In this document: positions 54,451 to 64,000 of the stretch, piece by piece | Layout of the letters: each line of letters starts with the position of its first letter | How positions within the stretch are numbered: position 1 is the stretch's first letter | IMG/VR virus record: IMGVR_UViG_3300020473_000023 | Span: 42,285 to 106,284 of that record | Source: a virus | Length of the DNA stretch: 64,000 nucleotides | Strand: one strand, 5' to 3' | The notes under the pieces: model-generated | The model's input: only the letters and a program-made list of their open reading frames with translations | Database searches by the model: none | Told to the model about the DNA's origin: nothing | Position numbers and translations under genes: made by a program

Positions 54451-57400
54451 TCAATCGCCCACGTAGGCTGGCTCCTCCATTCCCTCGAGACTTCGCTCGA
54501 CATGAGGAGCTTCACTCGCCACAATGGTGCTGTAGTTATCGTGCCAATCATCATAGGTGGGAAGGCTTTCAGAGTCGGGAAAGAAGGCACGAAGAAGTGC
54601 TTCATCATTCTGGACCATCCAGTCGTACTGTTGTCGTGTTGTTAGACCTCTTCCAAAAAGGTCATTAAACACGACGACGCCATCCATCGGGTCGGTGGCT
54701 ACTTCTGGTTCAGTAATGGTTGAGCTTGCGCCGGCTTCCTGGAGACGCCACTCATCCTCGAGGAAGGAGCCGTCATTCTCCACAGTCACACCGTTTGCGG
54801 CAAGAATAGCGTCCATTCCAGCTCTCCTCGATTCTTGGGTCGATGCTTGGCTGCCAGCCTCTTCTCGCCTGGCCTCACGGGATAAGCGCTCATTTCCGAC
54901 ATGAAGCTTGCCCTGAGCCTGCTCAATGAGGTGCCCGACGACGGATGAGCCAAAGAGGCCATGATCGAGGAGAGATTCTTGATCGTCAGGCACGGGTCTC
55001 CGAAGCGGGTTATTATCACCATCTCTACCCTCGAATGAGTCAAGAAGATTTAAGGTGCTAATCGTATTGGTTCTAATGGAGTCAACTGTAGCTTGCTGTC
55101 CCGAGGGATAGAAGGATAGGTCAGTTGTAAACTTTCCTGGGCCAATGTTATGTGTAACATCTCTAACAGTAAAGATATTATCAGCTGTAGTTCCTGTCTT
55201 AAGGTCTAGGTAGAATTGCTGGCCATAGTGAAACATTGGATTTCCCAATCCTGAGACTTTGGCAGTTGCAGGAACTACAGTCACCTCGTCTATTGACGAC
55301 GCTGCGCTCGTCGATGTTTGATTATCCTCGGGCTCTCTAAAGGTTCGGGATAGCAGGGCATTAAAAAGAGCTCCGCTTGACATTCCTGATATCGTTACGT
55401 TTGAAAATGGGCTATTGGAGGTGCCAAATGGGATATACGGAACACGAGATTTAATGTAGTTGTGAATAAAATCTCTATCCATGTCAGTCAAAAAAGTTTC
55501 CAATGCATCGAACTGATTAAAAGAATCAGTGCCGTTTAAGTAGGAGTGGAAAGCGCCCTCGTATGCGCTGTTCGGATCTTCTAGGAATTCGGATCGGAAC
55601 TGAGTCGTGCGATCAAAGACTACCCCTGCACGCTCTCGAAGGCCCTGAATGGCTGAATTAAATGAACTAGCTGCTCCGGAACGTGCGTCGGGGTCCCTGC
55701 CCTGGAAGAATGATGGTGCGATTCTTCCGGTAATGCAGTCCAATATGAGCTGCTCTCCAATGTGGGTAGATGCATTCTGATCCATTAAGTGAATTCTCAA
55801 CAGGGTCTTTGAAATGTCTCTGCTGCCATCAGGTCTCATAAATGGAACGGCCTCATAGATAATCTTAAGGCGTGGAATTTTAAATCTTGGCCTAAAGAGG
55901 CCCATTTCCCACATTCTTTCAGACAGTTTTTCATTAAGATTAAAAGTAGGACCGAGGTCGCGAGCAGCCCTCTGCTGGGGAGTCTCTTGGTCATCAGACG
56001 GGGTCCCTGAAGTTGCGGCAGCAGCTTGTTCAGCTGCGGCAGCGTTTGCTTCAGCCTCTCTCTCAAGCGCATCATCATAACCACGATATACATCTTTAAA
56101 GCCATATGCCTGATGTGATCCATTTCCGATCATCGATGAAAATATGGACTCGAGCCTGCCCGTTGTTAGATTTGAATTTTGAGAAATTGCATCTTGAATC
56201 AGCTGATTAAAATGATAAAATCTTATTGGGAAGGCCGATATCGGCCTTCCAGCGAGGGCACCTGCACACTCATTAAAGGTGTAAAACAACATCTGGACTT
56301 CATCATACCTTCCCGTTCGTGACATGGGGTAGCCCATAAACTCTACTGCAACCTTTCCAAGAGAGACCCAGTCACCGTGACCTTCACCAAGATCAGGCTC
56401 TACATCCTCAAGACCGCTCGAATCATCACTAGTAGCCTCATCTGACTCATCAGATGTACCAGAGCCTGCCTGACCGTCTGTAGGATACAGGGGATTTCGG
56501 GGATCTAATGATAGCTGAGCAAATCTAAGCTCATACATTAATCGACCGGTCGACCGAAGTGCCAGGTGGAAGTTTCTAATAAACGGATCATCAGAGGCCA
56601 TTAGTGCTGGATTGATATTGTCTAGCTTTGAGCCTAAAAGTGCTTGAACAGTATTTGTCGAGCCAATTACCTGACTTTGGAGCTCGCTGCTAGTGGTCCC
56701 ACCCAGGACCAGCAGCGCTGCCCTAAGGGTTTCTTTGACCTCGGTGGACCTTGCACCTCCGGAATGGATCATGTCTTTTGCTCTAAGGAGGGAATCATAG
56801 AGGGCTCTCTCGATCATCTCATTTGACGAACTCTCAGGAGGGCTAAGGTGCTGAATATCAAAAACTTCTTCAGAAATTACCCCTCCTGCAGCGGCGGTCC
56901 GCCTAAGAAGTGCACAGACCTCTCTAATAAGACTTGTAACAACGGAAATGTGAACATAGTCTCCCGTACAGACGTGTGTTGTCTTAGTGTCCTCTCCTCC
57001 AGTTGTTCCCATCTCTAGTGTAATTTTAACCTGACCGTTTTGGTCCATGTTGTAATTTCCCTTGATAAGCCTGTATTTTTGAACTGACCTAAGAGAGTTT
57101 AAAAATATTCCCCAGGGAGATCCTGTCGCTGGGTCACTGTTGGGATGAGACCATCCAAACTCTAGAAAAGCTTCAGTTAGACCAAAAGTTCTAGGTGCTA
57201 TAAACTGTGCAATTTCACCAAGCCTGGATCTGTCATGAAGTGTTATGTTGACCGTCGCCTTCTTGAATCCTATCAGACCGTATCCGGAAGAGTATTCTTT
57301 AATTGTAACTCCATCTAGAGACATAAAGGGAGCAGCAGGATCAATAACAGGCGTCGTTCTCTCTCTGTTAATGTCCATATTGACAAGCGTCTGGGGGGAT

Positions 57401-59190
57401 GTGAAAAGCTCCATTCCTGTGCGCCTATGCCTTGATGCAACTCGTGTTGAGACAAAGTTAATACCCCACTGGTCGACTCTCTCTTCTGATCCATCGAGAG
57501 ATTCAATAAATTCTTCCGTGCTACTGTGGGCTTCGTTTCTGAAGGCTTTCTCTATCACGTCTTTACTTTCTGCGGATATCCTATTTGCAATGTGCCAGTT
57601 AGGTGAATCCATCTCAACTGATCCGTCACTTAAGAATGAAATTATGTTTCCATGGGTCTTCCCTCTATCATCTATGGCGGGGGTGTCGACTTTAAATTGA
57701 AGATTGATAAAGGGTGTGCAAAGTGACATTTCTATTGTGGGGATTCCAGATGAGAAGAGGCTTGCCTGAAGAACATGTCTCGTGTTTGGGTTGCAATAAA
57801 TCTTTGGAAGCACTAAGACGCCTAGTGTCGGTGAGATGATTCGATCTGGATTCGCTGGATCTTCATTGACCCCTGTATACACATTGTAGGTTCGAGGAGT
57901 TCTTGGAACTCTAATATTAGCTGCAGACCACATAGAGGGACCTCCAGCCTTTTGGATAATTTCCTCTGTGAGCCTCTCGATAACATCTCGAGCAAGGTCG
58001 TCAATCTCTAAGTCACCCATTTCGGCAACTTCTCCGGCAAAAGAGAAGTCGTCTGCGTTGGCTTCAGCGCGAACCGTGATTTGTGATTTGATCTCCAGGA
58101 GAAAGTCATTCTCAGAAGCACCGGTGTCATCTCTCCCACCAGCAATAAGCTCACTGATAAGAGTGCCTCCGACAGTGACTCCCCAAGCAATTCGTTCCCT
58201 TCCAGATGACGATGGCCTATTTTCAAGGGCTATCACATATGGTTGAACATCGAACCCATCTCTGTCGCGTCGACTCCCACCGAGTCCGGCATATCGGTCA
58301 GGTGGGCTGAGAGCTCTCCTATACTGATCTCGTAGCGCGGTCACTTTTGCTCCATCGCTGAAATTCATTTCCCATCCAATCTGGGTGGGGCTTGATTCTA
58401 AATTCCATGGACTGCGAGGTGAGAACCCCCCCGTGTCGAGCCCAGCGGCTTCAGCCATATCTCTCATGTCTGTGCTAGAAAAACCGAGTAGATCGTGATA
58501 GTGCAGACAGACTGCAACAAGACGGTCGACAGCATTTCGAGCGTCTGTGCTAGAATTAGTGATCACCTCTGAAGCTCCAACCATCTTAGAGATGCTTATG
58601 GGCAAGGCAGCAGAAGGTGGCATGTCAAATGTTGCGTTGTAAGAGTATCTCAAGGTCCGCGGATCAGCACCTGGGAGAGCTGAAGCAGCGTTACCCAGGC
58701 CGTAAGTCGCACCGGTATCTTCAGCAATTGTAGCTGCTCGTGTCTCAGCATCTTCATTGGATATTTGATATCGAGCTGCAACATCAAATGTGAATGAGCT
58801 AGGCTGAATTGCGCCTAAGTTGGAGTCTAGCTGACCATCTGATTTCCCCTGTATGGGCTCAAAGTAAATCATCATATCCTCAGAGAGACCGTCAGGTAGG
58901 TCGCTTCCTGCTGCATAAAAGGATCTTGAATAATCAATGAGATCACACAGGGGAATGCCTCCGGAGCTTACATCAAGAACTGATTCCATCAACTGGGTGG
59001 CACTCGTGTCGCCTACTAACAAGGTAAATCCACCGAAATTGAGGTGTTCTCGTCCTAGTGCATCACGCTCACCTCCACCCGTTTCTTCGGCGCCAAAGGA
59101 AGTGAAGTTATCTCTAATCTGAAACTGTGTAAGAGACAAAAGATCCATAGTGGCATTGTAAGCTGTATTTGGTGGGTACTTTTTTGCCAT
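54451..59190 (-). CDS. large baseplate hub-like tail protein
   Basis: 1579 aa; LEFGWS and GNP...GQQFY...F.V..V.H.I..GKFTT motifs typical of myophage hub proteins; adjacent to a LysM-like baseplate gene. Confidence 0.6.
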   Translation of the reverse strand: MAKKYPPNTAYNATMDLLSLTQFQIRDNFTSFGAEETGGGERDALGREHLNFGGFTLLVGDTSATQLMESVLDVSSGGIPLCDLIDYSRSFYAAGSDLPDGLSEDMMIYFEPIQGKSDGQLDSNLGAIQPSSFTFDVAARYQISNEDAETRAATIAEDTGATYGLGNAASALPGADPRTLRYSYNATFDMPPSAALPISISKMVGASEVITNSSTDARNAVDRLVAVCLHYHDLLGFSSTDMRDMAEAAGLDTGGFSPRSPWNLESSPTQIGWEMNFSDGAKVTALRDQYRRALSPPDRYAGLGGSRRDRDGFDVQPYVIALENRPSSSGRERIAWGVTVGGTLISELIAGGRDDTGASENDFLLEIKSQITVRAEANADDFSFAGEVAEMGDLEIDDLARDVIERLTEEIIQKAGGPSMWSAANIRVPRTPRTYNVYTGVNEDPANPDRIISPTLGVLVLPKIYCNPNTRHVLQASLFSSGIPTIEMSLCTPFINLQFKVDTPAIDDRGKTHGNIISFLSDGSVEMDSPNWHIANRISAESKDVIEKAFRNEAHSSTEEFIESLDGSEERVDQWGINFVSTRVASRHRRTGMELFTSPQTLVNMDINRERTTPVIDPAAPFMSLDGVTIKEYSSGYGLIGFKKATVNITLHDRSRLGEIAQFIAPRTFGLTEAFLEFGWSHPNSDPATGSPWGIFLNSLRSVQKYRLIKGNYNMDQNGQVKITLEMGTTGGEDTKTTHVCTGDYVHISVVTSLIREVCALLRRTAAAGGVISEEVFDIQHLSPPESSSNEMIERALYDSLLRAKDMIHSGGARSTEVKETLRAALLVLGGTTSSELQSQVIGSTNTVQALLGSKLDNINPALMASDDPFIRNFHLALRSTGRLMYELRFAQLSLDPRNPLYPTDGQAGSGTSDESDEATSDDSSGLEDVEPDLGEGHGDWVSLGKVAVEFMGYPMSRTGRYDEVQMLFYTFNECAGALAGRPISAFPIRFYHFNQLIQDAISQNSNLTTGRLESIFSSMIGNGSHQAYGFKDVYRGYDDALEREAEANAAAAEQAAAATSGTPSDDQETPQQRAARDLGPTFNLNEKLSERMWEMGLFRPRFKIPRLKIIYEAVPFMRPDGSRDISKTLLRIHLMDQNASTHIGEQLILDCITGRIAPSFFQGRDPDARSGAASSFNSAIQGLRERAGVVFDRTTQFRSEFLEDPNSAYEGAFHSYLNGTDSFNQFDALETFLTDMDRDFIHNYIKSRVPYIPFGTSNSPFSNVTISGMSSGALFNALLSRTFREPEDNQTSTSAASSIDEVTVVPATAKVSGLGNPMFHYGQQFYLDLKTGTTADNIFTVRDVTHNIGPGKFTTDLSFYPSGQQATVDSIRTNTISTLNLLDSFEGRDGDNNPLRRPVPDDQESLLDHGLFGSSVVGHLIEQAQGKLHVGNERLSREARREEAGSQASTQESRRAGMDAILAANGVTVENDGSFLEDEWRLQEAGASSTITEPEVATDPMDGVVVFNDLFGRGLTTRQQYDWMVQNDEALLRAFFPDSESLPTYDDWHDNYSTIVASEAPHVERSLEGMEEPAYVGD

Positions 59191-59201
59191 GCCTTAATGT
59201 C

Positions 59202-59498
59202 CTAGACCATTCTTAAAGCAGCACCGGGGCTACTGGGTATTGATAAAATTGTCCCAGCTGGGACTTGGAGACCCCATCCGATTCCAGATGCTGCTGCAAT
59301 AATCCACCACAGGCTGGACCTTCCATAAACTTGACCGGCAATGGTGTCAAGCCTCTGGGATTCAGATAGCTGAATGGTTGTATAGCTTAGTGCACCTGAT
59401 ATAATTGCACTTCGTATTCTTGTAGATGCTCCAGAGGCTGGAATGCCCCTTCCACTATCGATTGGAATCATATTTGAATATCTTGAACTAAAAGACAT
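59202..59498 (-). CDS. LysM-like baseplate protein (tail X / gp53-like)
   Basis: RLDTIAGQVYGRSSLWWIIA...G..L.IP. Confidence 0.8.
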   Translation of the reverse strand: MSFSSRYSNMIPIDSGRGIPASGASTRIRSAIISGALSYTTIQLSESQRLDTIAGQVYGRSSLWWIIAAASGIGWGLQVPAGTILSIPSSPGAALRMV

Positions 59499-59503
59499 GG
59501 CAG

Positions 59504-62500
59504 CTACTCATTTTTAAAAGTTTTTCTATGCTCAAACTCATAGGTTTCTCTTGATGACTGGCCTCCGTCGTCGTAGACGTCTCCAGACATTGCTCCAGCA
59601 GCTTTTCCAACATTATAAATTGGAGCTCTGTTGAAGCCCTCTCTGTCGATACCCGGAGGAATATCGTGAATGGGTGTAAATCCAATAGAGACTCGGCACA
59701 TCTTCGGTGCCCTGCTTCCCCAGTTGATCTCCCACGTTGTCTCTTCTGTCATCCAGTCAAATTTTATATTCTTAATAACGCCCGCAAGACCTCGACCACG
59801 TGTGCTTTCAAACCCGCGGGTAATGACATTTCTTTCACTACTCATAAACCCCTGAGGGCCGCTTAAAAACTGAGAAAGCTCGCTTGAATCAACACCAAGG
59901 GCAGCTGCACCTTTGTTAACCAAATTTTTAACTCCTGCTACAAGAGCTTCAGCTGGATTTAGCAAGGGCATCATAAATCTATTAAAGATAATGTTTGGAT
60001 CATGAATGATATCGGAATGATTTATCGTAATGTGGCATCCAAAAAAATCTTTAGGGACATTAAGATCTATAATAGCAACCCTGTAGACTGTACGTCGTCG
60101 AGCCTTGTCATTGGCATTGTCAGACCTGCCCGAAACACCCTCTGTATATCTTGATAAAATAACTCCTAGAACAGGCCTATTGAACCTGACTTTTTCAACA
60201 GTTGAAAGATCATTTCCAGCGGAATCGGCAACGACACGATACGGCTTAGACTGGCTGGCTTTAATAAAAACTCGATTTCCTGCAACCTGTCGCATTGCTG
60301 GTCCGGATAATGCAGCTGATGTTGGCCTATACCCAGAATTAGAATTATCAACCTTAGACTGTAAAGCAGCCCCGGCATTTGCGGTTAAGTTTCCCTTGGT
60401 TGAGATTACTGATGTTGGATCACCATCGGGATCAGAATACTGTCCCAAAATTAATCCTAAGATTGGGTTAGCAAATCCATTCTCCAGTAATTTTGATGCT
60501 GCTAGCTGAAGTGTAGGATTGGCCATGGCAGATCCGAGCATAGAGGCCCCACCTCGATCTGAACCGATTAATTTGCCAGATGCAGCGTTAAGTGTCGATA
60601 TTGGACTTCCCATAACACCCAAGAAGATCTTGAGCATTAGCTCGTCTGCGGCATTTGTAAGCCGATTAGAGATAGCAGCAGCAAAACCCTCACCAGGACG
60701 GCTTCCCATCGTATGATGAATGAGATCCATATTATGTAACTGATTTCCGACACCAAAAATTCTTGAAAGATTAAATTTAGAATAGTTGCTCTTAATAACA
60801 TCTCCCACCCTAAGCCTAATGAGGGGTGTGGCACCTATGACCTGGCTGAAAGGTTGTGTAAAGGTGGCATCCGAACTTCCGAGACTCCGATAAGTCCCCA
60901 CAGAGTCTCCTGCAGACCACTGGGGATAGACAAGCGTCACAAGCTTGTTGATCTTAAACCACATCTCATCAAAATCTTCTTCAGACGTTGAAGCAATTGT
61001 AAATGAAAGACCGATGTCCCGCTTGGTGCTATTGTAGATTTGAACGTTATCCATTCTCCCATACCCGCCAGTATCACTAAAGCTGGCTGTATAGGAATCA
61101 CTTAAAGTATCTAAAAATGCATGGAATGAAATTATCTCATTGGTCCGGATGTCGTGAAAATAGAATGGAACATACTCTGAATCCAATAGATCTTCGAGTC
61201 TCCGAACAACGGTGGAGGGAATTCTTTTTCCATTTTCAATATCTAGCCCTGCATACATTTTCTTTCCCATGGGTGAGGCTAAAAGCTTAGCGGGATTTAC
61301 ATCCTGCTCACCCATTCCCATTCTCACAACTGATCGAAACACACCAGCAGGAAGAATGTATGCAGAAGGTGTAGCACTTGTTCTCATGGAAAGTGAACCG
61401 GCATTAAATCCATCTGATGTCCTGCTCTTCGAAACACGTGTCGAAGGACCATCAGGTAAGTCGTCAACTGACCATGGGTGAGAACCCCTGGGGATTCCAA
61501 ATTTTCCTGATTTTGATTTTTTGATTTTTAGCCTAATGTCTCCCACTATTGCCAGAGAGTTTAATATTCCAAAAACCCTGCTATCACCCACCCTATTAAT
61601 TAATCTTTCTGCATCGTCAGGATCGAACCCCTCTCTTGTAGATTTCGATATTAGCTGATTTGCAACGTGGACTGATCTAAGAATCGATCTTGCCAGGACT
61701 AAAGAAAAACCCGGAGACGTCTTCACGATCTTTGAACTACCGATCTTTTGTCCCTCAAGCGCTGCTACAGAGTCAATATTAGAAAGAGCCTTATCTAGCC
61801 CAAGCATAAATTTTGCACCAGCATTGACACAATTTAGATAGGGCCTGTCTGTTGGAACAAGAATGGAGTTCATAATAACAGACATCCTTGATCTTGCATA
61901 AAAGCTTCCCTCACCGCTGAGAAGTATTCCTCGAGATGTGTCTATTTTTGAATTTGGCCCAGCTGAAGCTTTTAGCGCTATTTTCTTAAAGGATTCGATA
62001 GCAACCAGGGCAGATTTTAAAGCTATAACTGCTCTTGCCTTGAGAAAGGCGGTTGAAGATGGGTCAAAAGACTGCTCGTCTGGACCTGTCATTGCTCCAA
62101 ATGAATTAGAAGATTCTGTGGGATCAGCAGATAAAAACTCACCCCTTCCTGCCCGAATTGAGGACTTGTCCTCGATTTTTTGATCGATTCCTCTGGTTGG
62201 AAACCCTTCAGCGTTCTTGGCTCGGAGGTCAAATGGAGATATTTTTTCAACTGGGTTTGAGGAGCCAAGCCCGGACTCGGGTGGGCTTTCATCATTTCCT
62301 GTCCACCTAATGGACTGATTAATTAAAGATTCACCAATCTTTGCCAGAGAGGTGAGGTTAACTTTTACAGAGTGCCTATCATACTCACCGAATTCTCTCT
62401 GGGTCGATAGAACATCCTCTTCTTCAAATTCTTCCTCTAGCTTTCCCCTTTCAACGAAAGCATCTCCCACAGCATCGCCGGCAGGAGAAAATCTATTATT

Positions 62501-63079
62501 GTTTCTCAATATATTAACAGAGGCATTTATCAGTTCTTTCTCCTTGTCACCGGCAGGAGATGATGGAAACACTCTCGGAACAGTCACAGAAAGCTGTCCA
62601 TCGGAACCGATATCTTTTCCTGAAACAGTGGAGAGAAGATCGTGCCCATCTTTTCCGGATTCCTTGTCTATGAGGGATCCAAGGGTCACTGTCTCTTGGT
62701 CAAATTTTCCACTATTTGAATACTCAACAAGAGACACAGAGAGCGGAGAGGAGCTACTTGTATCAACAAAGGGTCGATCGACCCCAGAATTTGATGGAGT
62801 GAGGGGTGAACCCCTAACAGGAGAGATTGCCTCTGTGCTTCCTGGGCTTACATTGAAGATGACGTCATGGTTATCTTGAATAAAATTGACGTAATCCCCC
62901 AGAAGCCCTGTGGCGTTGTCAGAGAAGTCAATAAGCTCCTTTCCTGTGTTCGGATCGACACCAAGATCATCTCCCTCTCCAAAACTTCCATCGCCAGTGT
63001 CATCTCTCAATCGATAAGATATTGAGTCTGCACCACTTCCAAGGGATGTCAAAAAATCTTTCAGCGTTTCTCTGGCCAA
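59504..63079 (-). CDS. large tail protein with tube-initiator-like domain
   Basis: 1191 aa; F.AFL..LSDSY...YGR.D.V..Y..T.R.I.L.F...L..L.YP...P.IRLRVGD. Confidence 0.6.
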   Translation of the reverse strand: MARETLKDFLTSLGSGADSISYRLRDDTGDGSFGEGDDLGVDPNTGKELIDFSDNATGLLGDYVNFIQDNHDVIFNVSPGSTEAISPVRGSPLTPSNSGVDRPFVDTSSSSPLSVSLVEYSNSGKFDQETVTLGSLIDKESGKDGHDLLSTVSGKDIGSDGQLSVTVPRVFPSSPAGDKEKELINASVNILRNNNRFSPAGDAVGDAFVERGKLEEEFEEEDVLSTQREFGEYDRHSVKVNLTSLAKIGESLINQSIRWTGNDESPPESGLGSSNPVEKISPFDLRAKNAEGFPTRGIDQKIEDKSSIRAGRGEFLSADPTESSNSFGAMTGPDEQSFDPSSTAFLKARAVIALKSALVAIESFKKIALKASAGPNSKIDTSRGILLSGEGSFYARSRMSVIMNSILVPTDRPYLNCVNAGAKFMLGLDKALSNIDSVAALEGQKIGSSKIVKTSPGFSLVLARSILRSVHVANQLISKSTREGFDPDDAERLINRVGDSRVFGILNSLAIVGDIRLKIKKSKSGKFGIPRGSHPWSVDDLPDGPSTRVSKSRTSDGFNAGSLSMRTSATPSAYILPAGVFRSVVRMGMGEQDVNPAKLLASPMGKKMYAGLDIENGKRIPSTVVRRLEDLLDSEYVPFYFHDIRTNEIISFHAFLDTLSDSYTASFSDTGGYGRMDNVQIYNSTKRDIGLSFTIASTSEEDFDEMWFKINKLVTLVYPQWSAGDSVGTYRSLGSSDATFTQPFSQVIGATPLIRLRVGDVIKSNYSKFNLSRIFGVGNQLHNMDLIHHTMGSRPGEGFAAAISNRLTNAADELMLKIFLGVMGSPISTLNAASGKLIGSDRGGASMLGSAMANPTLQLAASKLLENGFANPILGLILGQYSDPDGDPTSVISTKGNLTANAGAALQSKVDNSNSGYRPTSAALSGPAMRQVAGNRVFIKASQSKPYRVVADSAGNDLSTVEKVRFNRPVLGVILSRYTEGVSGRSDNANDKARRRTVYRVAIIDLNVPKDFFGCHITINHSDIIHDPNIIFNRFMMPLLNPAEALVAGVKNLVNKGAAALGVDSSELSQFLSGPQGFMSSERNVITRGFESTRGRGLAGVIKNIKFDWMTEETTWEINWGSRAPKMCRVSIGFTPIHDIPPGIDREGFNRAPIYNVGKAAGAMSGDVYDDGGQSSRETYEFEHRKTFKNE

Positions 63080-63330
63080 TCTATTGTCTCCGAACCAATG
63101 TTTTCATTTATGTTACTCATACTTATTGACTTCCCAAGAGTGTCAATAAATTTAATAACAGAATCCTCATCTACTAGAATACTCGCAAGCAACTGAAGAG
63201 AATTGTTGAGGCCGTTGGATATCTCCTTCATCTCTAATATGATCTGACTCTTCTGGTCTTCTGTCAGCGTGCTCAGAAGATCCTGAACTTCGGGATCGGA
63301 CTCTAGCTGTAAAAATAAATCTTTCATCAC
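63061..63330 (-). CDS. hypothetical protein
   Basis: 89 aa ORF coupled to neighbours. Confidence 0.6.
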   Translation of the reverse strand: MMKDLFLQLESDPEVQDLLSTLTEDQKSQIILEMKEISNGLNNSLQLLASILVDEDSVIKFIDTLGKSISMSNINENIGSETIDWPEKR

Positions 63331-63998
63331 ACCCTATCTACGACAAAGTCATAATCTCCGGTTGCTGACGATTCAACTAGCTGTTGCTTAAAGTCAGCAA
63401 GGGTGACACCGCCAAGACTGACTTGTAGGTTAAGATTAACAGGGCGGTCAGCTGTAGCTGCTGTGCCAGTCTCAGCACCAGCAGCTGGAGATGGGAGAGC
63501 TCTACCCGCTTGAGGGGTTGCCCTAGGGGGAGACGCCATTCGGGTCATCCCAGTCAGCTCATCAAGTTCTGCAAGAACAGGGTGAATATCAGCTGCCGCT
63601 TCGGTCCTCTCCAGATCTTCTACAGACATTCCAAGCTGTTGTGCCATAGCATTTCTCTCTAGCATGGTGCCCTCGGCACCTATTTCTTGGAGCATGTCGG
63701 CAACTCCAGGACCGAAGACCGCCTGATCTCCTGGATTAATTGTCTTTTGAATAGAGCCGAATCCCAGGTTCAGCTCGGCACCAGGTCCAAGTTCACCAAA
63801 CAGGGCATCATTTACACCACCGGTTTCTGCAGGTGCAATCTCCCCAGTCGCCTCGTAGCTAAATGTAATTGCCTGACCATCAACACCCTCCTGGACGTAG
63901 TCGACTATCTGACGACCTCCATCATTTAGTATCTGCTGGGAGGCTGGATCTCTAAGACCGACTAAAACGTTCTCGGGAACACTAAGACCTATATCCCC
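63327..63998 (-). CDS. 3' end of a large tail-region protein (possibly tape measure), truncated by window edge
   Basis: frame of 63327..63695 stays open to the window end (GDIGLSVPEN...); C-terminal VNLNLQVSLGG. Confidence 0.6.
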   Translation of the reverse strand, partial: GDIGLSVPENVLVGLRDPASQQILNDGGRQIVDYVQEGVDGQAITFSYEATGEIAPAETGGVNDALFGELGPGAELNLGFGSIQKTINPGDQAVFGPGVADMLQEIGAEGTMLERNAMAQQLGMSVEDLERTEAAADIHPVLAELDELTGMTRMASPPRATPQAGRALPSPAAGAETGTAATADRPVNLNLQVSLGGVTLADFKQQLVESSATGDYDFVVDRV

Positions 63999-64000
63999 AG

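Noticed and set aside
1-64000. Dozens of short plus-strand and nested minus-strand ORFs in the track
   Set aside because: They shadow longer motif-bearing genes and lack an RBS or recognisable motifs; only 28218..28877 is a credible plus-strand gene
1-64000. Stop-codon reassignment as seen in some large phages
   Set aside because: Conserved genes are full-length in the standard code, and TAA, TAG and TGA all end genes at expected positions
1-64000. tRNA, rRNA, CRISPR array, transposase, integrase or reverse transcriptase
   Set aside because: Intergenic gaps are short and none shows a cloverleaf, spaced repeats or such motifs by eye; tRNAscan would confirm

Overview
A 64 kb segment of a large tailed bacteriophage (jumbo/huge myovirus-like) genome in the standard genetic code. 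It is very densely coded, and every convincing gene but one lies on the minus strand. Reading from 64 kb towards 1 (the direction of transcription), it holds: tail/baseplate genes; a chimeric replication block (polymerase-domain-only PolA, HD protein, gp32-like SSB, RecA, 5'-3' flap exonuclease, DnaB-like helicase, class II RNR); ClpP, an amidase endolysin and an acyl-CoA thioesterase; large Gly/Ser/Thr-rich virion proteins; a base-excision-repair cluster (MBD4-like glycosylase and an Fpg/Nei that must start at ATT); and a nucleotide-metabolism block around DnaE and DnaJ. That block contains two dimeric dUTPase/dCTPase-like genes, a Ser-to-Cys ThyX, a nucleoside deoxyribosyltransferase, a dNMP kinase fused to a minimal dCMP-hydroxymethylase-like domain, an epimerase, a cupin, TK, a DHH protein, a sulfotransferase and a dCMP deaminase. 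Beyond it lie an Fe/Mn SOD, a holin/spanin-like trio, a pterin dehydratase, three consecutive nucleotidyltransferases of unrelated folds, and many acidic proteins sharing an L-R-x-x-I-R-E helix motif. The best candidates for undescribed biology are (1) a cytosine-modification pathway with matching repair and pool-sanitising enzymes, (2) the triple-nucleotidyltransferase operon, and (3) a putative capsid-targeting tag, with related leaders on SOD and PCD. Two promoter classes and three intrinsic terminators are visible. No tRNA, rRNA, CRISPR array, intein or transposase was recognised. All product calls rest on motif recognition by eye; no database search was run.
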